This document shows positions 10,772-21,881 of a stretch of 64,000 nt of DNA, one piece after another (within the stretch, counting starts at the first letter, position 1; each line of letters starts with the position of its first letter). The position numbers were made by a program, and so were the translations under genes. The stretch is from Malacoraja senta (lineage: Eukaryota): assembly GCA_038087875.1 (NCBI GenBank), contig JAXLNO010005099.1, positions 1-64,000 of the forward strand, in the 5' to 3' direction. Under the pieces are notes generated by a model, which made no database searches, was not told the DNA's origin, and saw nothing but the letters and a program-made list of their open reading frames with translations.

Positions 10772-13612
10772 TCAGTATCCCGTACCTGCCTTCTCTCCAT
10801 ACCCCCTGATCCCCTTAGCCACAAGGGCCACATCTAACTCCCTCTTAAATATAGCCAATGAACTGGCCTCAATTACACTCTGTGGCAGAGAGTTCCAGAG
10901 ATTCACCACTCTCTGTGTGAAAAAGTTTTTCCTCATCTCGGTCTTAAAGGATTTCCCCCTTATCCTTAAGCTGTGACCCCTTGTCCTGGACTTCCCCAAC
11001 ATCGGGAACAATCTTCCTGCATCTAGCCTGTCCAACCCCATAAGAATGTTGTACGTTTCTATAAGATCCCCTCTCAATCTCCAAAATTCTAGCGAGTATA
11101 AGCCAAGTCTATCCAGTCTTTCTTCATATGAAAGTCCTGACATCCCAGGAATCAGTCTGGTGAACCTTCTCTGCACTCCCTCTATGGCTATAATGTCCTT
11201 CCTCAGATTTGGAGACCACAACTGTACGCAATACTCCAGGTGTGGTCTCACCAAGACCCTGTACAACTGCAGTAGAACCTCCCTCCTCCTATACTCAAAT
11301 CCTTTTGCTATGAAAGCTAACATACCATTCGCTTTCTTTACTGCCTGCTGCACCTGCATGCCTACTTTCAATGACTGGTGTACCATGACACCCAGGTCTC
11401 GCTGCATCTCCCCATTTCATAATCGGCCACCATTTAGATAATAGTCTGCTTTCCTGTTTTTGCCACCAAAGTGGATAACCTCACATTTATCCACATTATA
11501 CTGCATTTCCCAAACATTTGCCCACTCACCCAGCCTATCCATTTCACCTTGCAGTCTCCTAGCATCCTCCTCACATCTAACACTGCCCCCCAGCTTAGTG
11601 TCATCCGCAAACTTGGAGATGTTGCCTGCAATTCCCTCATCCAGTTCATTAATATAAATTGTAAATAGCTGGGGTCCCAGCACTGCGCCTTGCGGTACCC
11701 CACTAGTCACTGCCTGCCATTGTGAAAAGGACCCGTTTACTCCTACACTTTGCTTCCTGTTTTCCAGCCAGTTCTCTATCCACATGAATACTGAACCCCC
11801 AATACCGTGTGATTTAAGTTTGTATACTAATCTCTTATGTGGTGCCTTGTTGAAAGCCTTCTGAAAGTCCAGATACAACACATCGACTGGTTCTCCCCTA
11901 TCCACTCTACTATTTACATCCTCGAAAAATTCTATAAGATTCGACAGACATGATTTACCTTTCGTAAATCCATGCTGACTTTGTCCAATGATTTCACCAC
12001 TTTCCAAATGTGCTGCTATCCCATCTTTAATAAGTGACTCTAGCAGTTTCCCCCCTACCGATGTTAGACTAACTGGTCTGTAATTCCCCGTTTTCTCTCC
12101 CCCTCCCTTCTTAAAAAGTGGGGTTACGTTTGCTACCCTCCAATCCTCAGGAACTACTCCAGAATCTAAAGAGTTTTGAAAAATTATCACTAATGCATCC
12201 ACTATTTCTGGAGCTACTTCCTTAAGTACTCTGGGATGCAGTCTATCTGGCCCAGGTGATTTATCGGCCTTTAATCCATTCAATTTACCCAACACCACTT
12301 CCTGACTAACCTGGATTTCACTCAATTCCTCCATCTCCTTTGAACCGCGGCCCCCTGCGATTACCGGCAGATTATTTATGTCTTCCTTAGTGAAGACGGA
12401 ACCAAAGTAGTTATTCAATTGGTCCGCCATATCCTTGCTCCCCATGATCAATTCACCTGTTTCTGACTGCAAGGGACCTACATTTATTTTAACTAATCTC
12501 TTTCTCTTCACATATCTATAAAAACTTTTGCAGTCAGATGTTATGTTCCCTGCCAGTTTCCTTTCATAATCTATTTTCCCTTTCCTAATTAAGCCCTTTG
12601 TCCTCCTCTGCTGGTCTCTGAATTTCTCCCAGTCCTCTGGTATGCTGCTTTTTCTGGCTAATTTGTACGCATCATCTTTTGCTTTGATACGATCCCTGAT
12701 TTCCCTTGTTATCCACGGATGCACTACCTTCCCTGATTTGTTCTTTTGCCAAACTGGGATGAACAATTTTTGTAGTTCATCCATGCAGTCTTTAAATGCC
12801 TTCCATTGCATATCCACCGTCAACCCTTTTAGAACTAATTGCCAGTAAATCTTGGCCAATTCACGTCTCATACCCTCAAAGTTACATTTCTTTAAGTTCA
12901 GAACCGTTGTTTCTGAATTAACAATGTCACTCTCCATCCTAATGAAGAACACAACCATATTATGGTCACTCTTGCCCAAGGGGGCACGCACAACAAGACT
13001 GGTAACTAACCCTTCCTCATTACTCAATACCCAGTCTAGAATAGCCTGCTCTCTCGTTGGTTCCTCTACAAGTTGGTTTAGATAACTATCCCGCATACAT
13101 TCCAAGAAATCCTCTTCCTCAGCACCCCTGGCAATTTGATTCACCGAATCTATATGTAGATTGAAGTCACCCATTATAACTGTTTTGCCTTTGTTGCATG
13201 CATTTCTAATTTCCGGTTTGATGCCATCCCCAACTTCACTACTACTGCTAGGTGGCCTGTACACAACACCCACCAGCGGTTTCTGCCCCTTTGTGTTTCG
13301 CAGCTCTACCCATACCGATTCCACATCCTCCAAGCTAATGTCCTTCCTTTCCACTGCGTTACTCTCCTCTCTAACCAGCAACGCTACCCCACCTCCTTTT
13401 CCTTTCTCTCTATCCCTCCTGAATATTGAATATCCCTGGATGTTCAGCTCCCAGCCTTGGTCACCCTGGAGCCATGTCTCCGTGATCCCAACTATATCAT
13501 AATCATTAATTGCTATCTGCACGTTCAACTCATGCACCTTATTACGAATGCTCCTTGCATTGAGACACAAAGCCTTCAGGCTTGTTTTTACAACGCTCTT
13601 ACCCTTATACAA
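10772..13612 (-). pseudogene. CR1 ORF2 (APE endonuclease plus RT) with a single in-frame stop
   Basis: ORFs 11417-13612 and 10772-11407 share one frame, separated only by TGA at 11417-11419. Motifs NARS, ETW, GDFN, SDH, QHGF, FADD. Confidence 0.93.
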
Positions 13613-13886
13613 TTATGTTGAAAAGTGGCCCTTTTTGATTTTAGCCCTGGATTTGTCTGCCTGCCACTTTTACTTTTCACCTTGCTACCTATTGCTACCG
13701 CCCGCATTTTACACCCCTCTGTTTCTCTGCTCACCCATTTAAGAACCCCACCACCTCTTATTCTCTGTTTATTATTGTTTTCTTCTTTCCCCCCTACATG
13801 TTGGGTCTGAGTGCTTTCCTTCTCTGCCTACTGCCTCACACACTGTCTAATAGCATTCTCTATTTGAGTGCCTCCCCCCAACCATT

Positions 13887-14804
13887 CTAGTTTAAAGTCT
13901 CCCCAGTAGCCTTTGCAGATCTCCCCGCCAGGATATCGGTCCCCCTCAGGTTCAAGTGCAGGTTTTTGTACAGGTCGAACCTTCCACAAAAGAGGTCACA
14001 ATGATCCAGAAATTTGAATCTCTGCCTTCTGCACCAGTAGTTCAGCCACGCATTTATCCTCCACCTCGCTCCACTCCTACTCTCACTGTCGCGTGGCACA
14101 GGCAGTAATCCCGAGATTGTTACCTTTGCTGTCCCTCTCTTTAACTCCCCTCCTAACTCCCTAAATTCTCTTTTCAGGACCTCTTCTCTTTTTTTACCTA
14201 TGTCATTGGTACCTATATGTACCACGACCTCGGGCTCCTCTCCCTGCCCTTTCAGGATATCTTGGACACGTTGAGACACATCACAGACCCTGGCACCAGG
14301 GAGGCAAACTACCATCCGGGTCTCCCGACTGCGTCCACAGAATCGCCTGTCTGACCCCCTAACTATAGAGTCCCCTATTAGTATTGCCCTCCTCTTCTTT
14401 TCCTTACCATTCTGAGCAACAGGGCCGGTCTCTATACCGGAGGCCCGGCCGCTGTCGCTACCCCCAGCTAGGCTGTCCCCCCCAACAGTGCTCAAACAGG
14501 AGTACTTATTGTCAAGGTGTACAGCCACCGGGGTACACTCTAGTCCCTGCCTGTGCCCCTTGCCTCTCCCAACCGTGATCCACTTGCCTGCCTCCTGTGG
14601 TGTTGGAGTGACCACATCCTTGTAACTCCTCTCAATGACTTCCTCGCTCTCCCTGACCAGACGGAGGTCATCGAGCTGCTGCTCCAGGTTCCTAATACGG
14701 TCCATTAGGAGCCCCATCTCGATACACCTGGCGCAGATGTGGACGTCTGGAGGGCTATCAGGCTCCATGACTTCCCACATCTGACATCCAGAACAGTAAA
14801 CTGG
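13887..14804 (-). CDS. CR1 ORF1 (Cys-rich finger, coiled coil, SGNH/GDSL esterase-like), 5'-truncated
   Basis: CSGCQMWE...CARC, IGDSIVRG, HIGTNDI and LHLN motifs. The usual DGLH reads YKNLH. Confidence 0.85.
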   Translation of the reverse strand, partial: PVYCSGCQMWEVMEPDSPPDVHICARCIEMGLLMDRIRNLEQQLDDLRLVRESEEVIERSYKDVVTPTPQEAGKWITVGRGKGHRQGLECTPVAVHLDNKYSCLSTVGGDSLAGGSDSGRASGIETGPVAQNGKEKKRRAILIGDSIVRGSDRRFCGRSRETRMVVCLPGARVCDVSQRVQDILKGQGEEPEVVVHIGTNDIGKKREEVLKREFRELGGELKRGTAKVTISGLLPVPRDSESRSGARWRINAWLNYWCRRQRFKFLDHCDLFCGRFDLYKNLHLNLRGTDILAGRSAKATGETLN

Positions 14805-15371
14805 ACTGGCCTCAACTACCTTCTGTGGCAGAGAATTCCAGAGATTCACCACTCTCTGTGTGAAAAATGTTTTTCTCATCTCGGTCCTAAAAGATTTCCC
14901 CCCTTATCCATAAACTGTGACCCCTTGTTCTGGACTTCCCCAACATCGGGAACAATCTTCCTGCATCTAGCCTGTCCAACCCCTTAAGAATTTTGTAAGT
15001 TTCTATAAGATCCCCCCTCAATCTTCTAAATTCTAGCGAGTACAAGCCGAGTCTATCCAGTCTTTCTTCATATGAAAGTCCTGACATCCCAGGAATCAGT
15101 CTGGTGAACCTTCACTGTACTCCCTCTATGGCAAGAATGCCTTTCCTCAGATTAGGAGACCAAAACTGTATGCAATACTCCAGGTGTGGTCTCACCAAAA
15201 TCCTGTGCAACTGCAATAGAACCTCCCTGCTCCTATACTCAAATCCTTTTGCTATGAATGCTAACATGCCATTCGCTTTCTTCACTGCCTGCTGCACCTG
15301 CATGCCTACTTTCAATGACTGGTGTACCATGACACCCAGGTCTCGTTGCATCTCCCCTTTTCCTAATGGGC

Positions 15372-15590
15372 CACCATCGCCTCAGTCCACCCACCTGCCT
15401 TCCTCCGGTCCCAACCCTCGTCCCTGCCGTGTGTTCACCACCCCCCCTGACCTCCCCCCTCTCAGATACCGAACGGTCTGTCCTCAGCAGATGCCTCACC
15501 TTTGTCCCCCTCCATCCCCACCTCAATGAGTTCCGCGCCCACCGCGATTTGGAACTCTTCTTCCGTCGCCTCCGCCTCACTTCCTCAGAT
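15372..15590 (+). mobile_element. Penelope-like element, N-terminal ORF fragment
   Basis: LSDTERSVLSRCLTFVP...RDLELFFRRLRL resembles the conserved PLE N-terminal region. Confidence 0.7.
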
Positions 15591-15789
15591 ATGGTGCAAA
15601 AAATTGCTCACAGTGCTCCAAATGTGGCTTGACTGGTGCCTTATAGAACCTCAGCATTACATCCCTGCTTGACAGGGAGAAAATGCAATTGATGTCTATC
15701 ATATTAGTTAACCATGGATTTTCTTGACCACAGTTGACAGCCCCTAATGGGATTGCATTTCATTCACACATCTCAAAGGAGCATAGCGT

Positions 15790-16287
15790 TAAGCTTCGAA
15801 GGGCAAAATTTACACGATTTGTACAGGTCAAGTGTTTTTTTGCAGAGAGAGCTTGATACCTAGAATGCGCTACCAGGAGTGGTGGTAGAGGAGGACATGA
15901 TAATGGTGCTTAAGAAGGTTTTGGACAGGCTTGTGGTTATGCAGGGAATACAAGGATATGGATCACATGCAGGCAGTGGAGATGAGTTTTGGTTTAGTTT
16001 AGAGATAGAGTATGGAAACAGGAACTTTGGGCCACTGAGTCCGCACTGACCAGCAATTGCCCATTCACTATTTCTGTCCGACAAGCTAGGGACAATGTAC
16101 AGAAGCCAATTAACCTACAAACATGCACGTCTTTTGTATTTGGGAGGAAACCGGAGCCCCCAGAGAAAACCCACAGGGTGACAGAGGGAATGTACAAACT
16201 CCGGCCAGACAGCACTCTACTCAGGATCAAACCCGGGTCTCTAATGCTGTAAGACAGCCACTCTATCACTGTGCCAATGTGTTGCCT
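15790..16287. mobile_element. CR1 3'UTR fragment (plus, to about 15985) followed by a SINE (minus)
   Basis: Matches other copies in the window. Confidence 0.7.
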
Positions 16288-16624
16288 CAGTTTAACTTGG
16301 GATCCTGTTCCACATGGACATTGCAGGCTGAAAGTCCTGTTCTTGTACTGTTCTATGTTCTATATATTCTCATTGGACAGGGCAGGGATATGTTTTCCAC
16401 TCCTCCAGCCTCCATGTTGAATACTTACTCCCAGTTTAAATCTGATTCAATTAGTCAATCCATTTCTCCCTCCCCTCCTGCCCTGATCCCCATTCTATAT
16501 CTTGAACTAGTCATTCCCTTTTTCACTCCTGGTCTGTCTACTATGCCCACAACTTTCCTCTACTTTCCTGTCTTGGTGCATGCAACATCTATCCACTTAT
16601 CTCTTCCCTTCCCACTGTCCATAT

Positions 16625-16965
16625 ACCCAGGTAGTTCTTCAAAGTGAAACAGCGTGAAACACTAGCACTTCCAGTCAAATCTACTGCATTTAGTTTTCAT
16701 GACGTAATCTTCCACATTGCATCAATGAAACAAATAGAATGGCTGCTTTCTGGATACCTGCATTCAATCCATGGAACTTTCTAAGATTCCTAATTCCTGC
16801 CACTTTAATTCTCCATTCATCACCCACCATGATCCATCCATCTGTACCTCTTACACTAGGATAACAAGGGTGAAAGTAGCCTTGAGGACCAACAACTCAG
16901 CTTCTGTCTGGACATGTTGCAGCCTTTCAAACTGAATTCCACATTCAACGAGTTGCATTCCCTGT
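16625..16965 (+). mobile_element. Highly degenerate Penelope-like GIY-YIG end
   Basis: Partial similarity to 18146-18420 and 46860-47190. Confidence 0.45.
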
Positions 16966-18145
16966 CGATAAAAGAACTGGTCATTTCAACTGTTATGTTG
17001 AAGACAGAAAGACAAGATGCAAGAAGTATGAAGCAGGATCCCAAGCTGAAACATTACGTAACCATGTCTTCCAGATGCTGCCTGAACCACTGAGTTACAC
17101 CTGCACGTTTTTGTGTTTTTTTTAATTACAGTTAAGTTATCCACCTGCAAAATCAGGACAGCCTGACCTACTTGAGTACTGCAGTATGTGCTGCATTTTA
17201 TATAACTCTGTTTAATTTCATGCATGCAGAGATGCAGTGAAATGGTTTGGATGGAACAGCAGATGCTGGACACCCCGTCCCATCTCCCCAGATATGTTGC
17301 CTGTCCCACTGAGTTACTCCAGCATTTTGTGTCTATTTGCAGTGAAATGGTTGTTCTGCATTCTCTCCAGTCAAGTCATACTGTACATAAGTACAATTCG
17401 TCCTCTTCTGGAAAAGCACGCAGAGATCCACCACATTTCAGGACTATCTTGCAGCTTCCAAGTCTCTGAAAAGTCTGATTTTGCCCCAAGGAAATAACCA
17501 ATTTCTCATATTCTCATGTTAAGGCCCAGTGTCATAACAGCACTGGATTGATGAAGTAGAGGCGCCTGCCTCAGTTTAAGATTTTCTGTTTCAAGATGTG
17601 ATCGAACCCTCGTCACTGGAATTGTGTCGCAGTGGCACCCATTACGTATCAGTCCCAATTATCTTTCAACATGCTGGAATCACTTGTTTTTTAATCCTTT
17701 TTAGACTTTTTTCATGAATTGTTCAGCATAAACAGTTGTGCTATAACAGTTAAGCGCAGCTACCACTTAGTTCCAGAGACGGAACAACACAAGAGATAGT
17801 GTTGCAGGGCTCTCGCTTAGCTTTTTTTCCCTGTTGCCTGCCGGGCAACCTCGGCAGCTTTTTAGGTTGCCAAATGACAGCTTAGGTGGTCATTTAAGAT
17901 GGCTTGCATGACGCGTGCGATAATGTGCTCGGATGAAGTGCGTAGATACCAGTCAGAATTATGGTCAATGACATTCACATATTATTTCTGCCTCAAATAA
18001 AGTCACAAACTAAACATATTCACCAATGAAGACATGATATATACCACAATGACATGCAGCAAAATTACAATACAGTATCTCATCTCTGTTTACACGTTAC
18101 AATGAATGCAATTAATATTATCTCTTTCCACTTCCAAACAAAAAT

Positions 18146-18612
18146 ATGGTTATTCAGCGTATGATCAACCTCGGTGAGACCAAGCGCAGGCATGGCGATC
18201 GCTTCGCACAACACCTCCACTCAGTTCGCAATAACCAACTTGATCTCCTGGTGGCTCAGCACTTCAACTCCCCCTCTCATTCCGAATCCGACCTTTCTGT
18301 CCTGGGCCTCCTCCATGGCCAGAGTGAGGCCCACCGCAAATTGGAGGAACAGCACCTCATATTTTGCTTGGGTAGTTTACACCCCAGCGGTATGAACATT
18401 GGCTTCTCCAATTTCAGATAGTCCTTGCTTTCTCCCCCCCGCCTCCCATTCTCAGCTCTCCCACAGCCTACTGTCTCCGCCTCTTCCTTTCTTTTTCGCC
18501 CCCCACCCCTCCCGACATCAGTCTGAAAAAGGGTCTCGACCCGAAACGTCGCCTTTTTCCTTTGCTCCATAGATGCTGCCTCACCTGCTGAGTTTTTCCA
18601 GCATTTTTGTCT
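18146..18612 (+). mobile_element. Penelope-like element 3' end (GIY-YIG C-half plus pLTR)
   Basis: LGETKRRHGDRFAQHLHSV...VAQHFNSPSHS...HRKLEEQHLIFCLGSLHPSGMN followed by the pyrimidine-rich terminal repeat. Confidence 0.85.
18523..18550 (+). ncRNA. Minimal type I hammerhead ribozyme-like core (G8 position mutated)
   Basis: CTGAAAA-A-GGGTC-TC-GACCC-GAAACGTC. Confidence 0.55.
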
Positions 18613-18624
18613 ACCCATTCACAC

Positions 18625-18842
18625 AAGTTCTGTTATCCCACTTTCCTCACCCACTCCTGCACATTAGGCGCAATTTTACAGAGACAAGTTAACCTACAAA
18701 GCCAATGCGTCTTTGGGATGTGGGAGGGAACCCACATGATTGCAGGGAGAATGTGCAAATTCAACACAGACAGTGCCCGAGAACAGGATCGAACACAGGT
18801 CTCTGGCGTGTGAGGCAGCAAATCCACCAGCTGTGCCATTAT
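18625..18842 (-). mobile_element. tRNA-derived SINE
   Basis: Reverse complement of the SINE head and core. Confidence 0.75.
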
Positions 18843-18987
18843 GTTTTATTTTCCAACACACAAAACATTATACGTTGATAACTTTGGTTACTAAAAAAAA
18901 GAAACTATCCATTTTCAGTCTTAAATCTCTAAGTGACGCTATGTCCCACTTTACACCTACTGTATGCTTAAATCAGTTCAAGGCTAT

Positions 18988-19310
18988 TGGGGCAGTACAT
19001 TGCCCATAAATTGGCTGCCTAATATTGCCAGAGACCCAGAATTGATCCTGAATATGGGTGCTGTCTGTGTGGAGTTTTGTTTTCTCGTTTATAACATTGT
19101 TTACAGAGTACTATGTTTACATATTCTGTTGTGCTGCTGCAAGTAAGGATTTCATTGTTCTAACTGGGACGTGAGAGAATAAAACAGTCTTGACTTACGT
19201 TGCTGATGTGTGGGATAGAACTAGAGTACGGGTGATCAGTGGTCGGCGTGGACTCAGTGGGCCGAAGGGCCTGCTTCCACACTGTATCTTTAAATTAAAC
19301 TAAAAACACT
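18988..19310 (+). mobile_element. Degenerate SINE pieces with a LINE-derived tail
   Basis: GTGGAGTTTTG core and GGACTCAGTGGGCCGAAGGGCCTG...CTGTATCTT tail. Confidence 0.6.
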
Positions 19311-19899
19311 AAAACCAGAGGAAATGTAAAGAAGGGTTTCTACCAGAAATGTCACTCAATTTTTTCTATCCAGAGATGCTGGCTGCTCCATGGAGTTCCC
19401 CCGCACAATTGAAGCATGGAATAGTTGTCACCCTACTATAGGTACCCAAGCAGATGCAACTAAATTTAAGGTAGTTTTTTTCCCCCAAGAACCCTTTTTT
19501 GCTTAAGTCCAAGTCAAGAGTCAAGAGAGTTTTATTGTCATGTGTCCCAGATAGGACAATGAAATTCTTGCTTGCTGCAGCACAACAGAATATGTAAACA
19601 TAATACAGAACAGGAGATAAAAGTTCAGTGTGTCTCTATACTATAGACCATATATATACACAATAAATAAACGGATAAAATGCAATAGGCTGTTATTTTT
19701 CAGTTTCGAGTTTGGTGGTGGTGGGTCCACCAGTTTAAATTCCATTTCGAATATTTTTGGAGGACCTGGAAACCAAGAAGCAAGAGTTACTCCAGCTGAG
19801 GCAGCGACCGGACAGCAATGGCGGCCAGAACTCCCACAATGCAAAGGGAGGGAGAAAGTGGCCGACGCCGACCAGTTGCCGTGGCAGTGAGTATGTGCA

Positions 19900-20005
19900 G
19901 GGCTCGGCGGCCGGCCGTGCCGTGCGGAGACCCGAGACCCGAGAGCGGAGACCCGAGAGCGGAGACCCGAGACCTGGACACGGATGGCGGGCGGGCGGGC
20001 GGGTG
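19900..20005. repeat. CpG-rich tandem repeats (GCGGAGACCCGAGA about x3; GGCG x4) in the transposon right end
   Basis: Visible directly. Confidence 0.8.
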
Positions 20006-20344
20006 TCCCGGTTGCTTGCCAAGCCGGGCAAAATGGCATGGCTTTTAGGTTGCCTGGCGGGACTGTAAGTTGCCATGGGAACCGGGCAACCGTTAATTTC
20101 GAGCCCTGTGTTGGAAGAATGATCAAACTCACACATAGTGTTTAAAATCCATAGTCTTTTATTAGTAACTCTGCAGAGGAAACACAAGGTGCTTTCTTCT
20201 CAGCATGCTTACTACCAGTCTACCAGACAGAGAGAGGGAGAGAGGGAGAGAGAGCTCTCTAACAAGCCTGTGGGCGGAGCCACAGTATGAGTGACACTAA
20301 TCTACAGATAGGCACAGGGATAAGTTTCGGTTTATTATTGTCAC

Positions 20345-20620
20345 GTTTAGTTTCGAGGCACAGCATGGAAATAGGCCTTTTGGCCCACTGAACCTGTGCT
20401 GACTAACGGCCACCCAAATATTAGTTCTACCCTACACACCGGACAATTTACAGAAGCCAAAAAACTTACAAAACTGCACGTCTTTGAATGTGACGGAACT
20501 GCAGCACCCGGAGATAACTCACATGGTCACAGGGAGAATGTATGAACTCCATATAGACAGCACCCATTGTCAGGATTGAACTTTGGTCTGTGGTACTGTA
20601 AGGCAGCAACTTTCCAGGTA
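20345..20620 (-). mobile_element. tRNA-derived SINE
   Basis: Reverse complement of the SINE consensus seen elsewhere in the window. Confidence 0.75.
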
Positions 20621-21881
20621 GTAGCATGCTATCCAATTGGATGAGATAACAACATACATATATATAATCAAGTCAACTCAAGTACTGAAGGTAGAGCAAA
20701 GGGGAAGGTACAGAGTGTGGCATATAGTTCTCAGCAATGTAGCACACCAGTTCCATTAGATATGGGTTTCGACACAAAACGTGACACATTCCTTCTCTCC
20801 AGAGATGCTGCCTGACCCGTTGAGTTACTCTAGCATTTTGTGTCTATCTGCGGTTTAAACCAGCATCTACAGTTCCTTCCTGCATAGTTCCATAAACAAA
20901 GTCCACTGTCTGTAATGGGGTAGTGGTCAATTGGACAGAACCCTAGCTTATGGAACGATCATTCAGAAGCCTGATTTTCTCCTCGGTTATCAAGTTTCCG
21001 AGTAAGCCATTTGGTCCTCTAACCTGCCCACCATTCAATATGACCATGGCTGACGTTCCTCAGGCATCAGTTCCTCATTGCACTCAATTCTCCACTCTTT
21101 CAAAAGTTTAACTACCGCCACAATAAATACTTCCAATGATTTTGTCTTCACAAATCTCTGGGGTCGAGAGCGCCAGAGAGTGACCACTCTCTGCAAAAAG
21201 AGATTTTGTAAACAAATGACTGGTCCCTTTTATCTCTTATTGAAGAGGAGAGAAAATACTGCCAATTTTAAGCTTGTCCCCTCCCCAATTGACCCTCATT
21301 TCGTAACTTGTCAATTATTTATTATTGTCAATAATGTGCCCTAGTGAAAAGATTTGCCGTTGGTATTAGTTTATTATTGTCACATGAACTGAGATATAGT
21401 CAAAAGTTTAATGTGTGTTATCCAATCAGATCATACTACACATGTGCAATCAAGCCATCCACAAGTAGAACAGTGCAAAGAAAAAATACTCAGAGTGCAG
21501 AATATCGGGTTACAATATCATAGCATTACAGTTACAGAGAAAGTGCAGATCAAAAAGAGTTGCAAGGATCACAATGAGATTGGTTGGAAGATCAGGACAA
21601 CGTCTTATCTTACATGAGAATCATTCAGTTGTCCAATAACAGCGGGGAAGAAGCTGTTCCTGAATTTAATGGTACGTACTTCCAAACTTTCTTGTGTACT
21701 GTCTTAACAGGGAGCGTACAATCCCTTTTAAACCACGTGTTTAGTTGATGGTGACGAAAGAGGCAAAATGGGGTAGATGTAGACAGTAACTTGGTTGTTG
21801 TAGTAGACTGAAGAATATTTTGTGGTGGGTGACTATGCAAGTTTTACTGAAGATGAAAATAACCATCTTACTGTCTTGTAA

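Larger units (their letters stand above)
10678..14804 (-). mobile_element. Near-complete CR1 LINE (ORF1 plus ORF2), truncated at the start of ORF1
   Basis: ORF1 zinc finger plus SGNH esterase, about 270-bp spacer, ORF2 APE-RT, 3'UTR and (CTATGTAT)n tail. Confidence 0.95.
10503..15370 (-). mobile_element. Older CR1 3' fragment (10503-10677 plus 14805-15370) split by a younger CR1 of the same family
   Basis: ...CTCTTAAATATAG (10677) resumes at ACTGGCCTCAACTACC (14805). Compare the uninterrupted sequence at 10843-10875. Confidence 0.85.
17805..20108. mobile_element. Non-autonomous DNA transposon relic, hAT-like TIRs with a 5-bp TSD
   Basis: TIR CAGGGCTC at 17805-17812 and GAGCCCTG at 20101-20108. 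Direct repeat TGTTG at 17800-17804 and 20109-20113. Subterminal GGCAAC/GTTGCC motifs at both ends. Confidence 0.7.
17800..20306 (-). mobile_element. Solo LTR (17800-17804 plus 20109-20306) of a Gypsy family related to E1/E2, split by a DNA transposon
   Basis: Reconstructed 198-bp unit starts TGTAGAT and ends CCAACA on the minus strand, contains AATAAA, and is flanked by TSD GATAG at 17795-17799 and 20307-20311. Confidence 0.75.

Noticed and set aside
17340-17700. Possible upstream MHC alpha1/alpha2/beta1 exon
   Set aside because: Phase-compatible frames contain stops and lack recognisable MHC groove motifs.
19898-20108. Small MITE bounded by CAGGGCTCG at 19898 and CGAGCCCTG at 20100
   Set aside because: No TSD flanks this pair, whereas 17805/20108 has TGTTG on both sides and restores the LTR.
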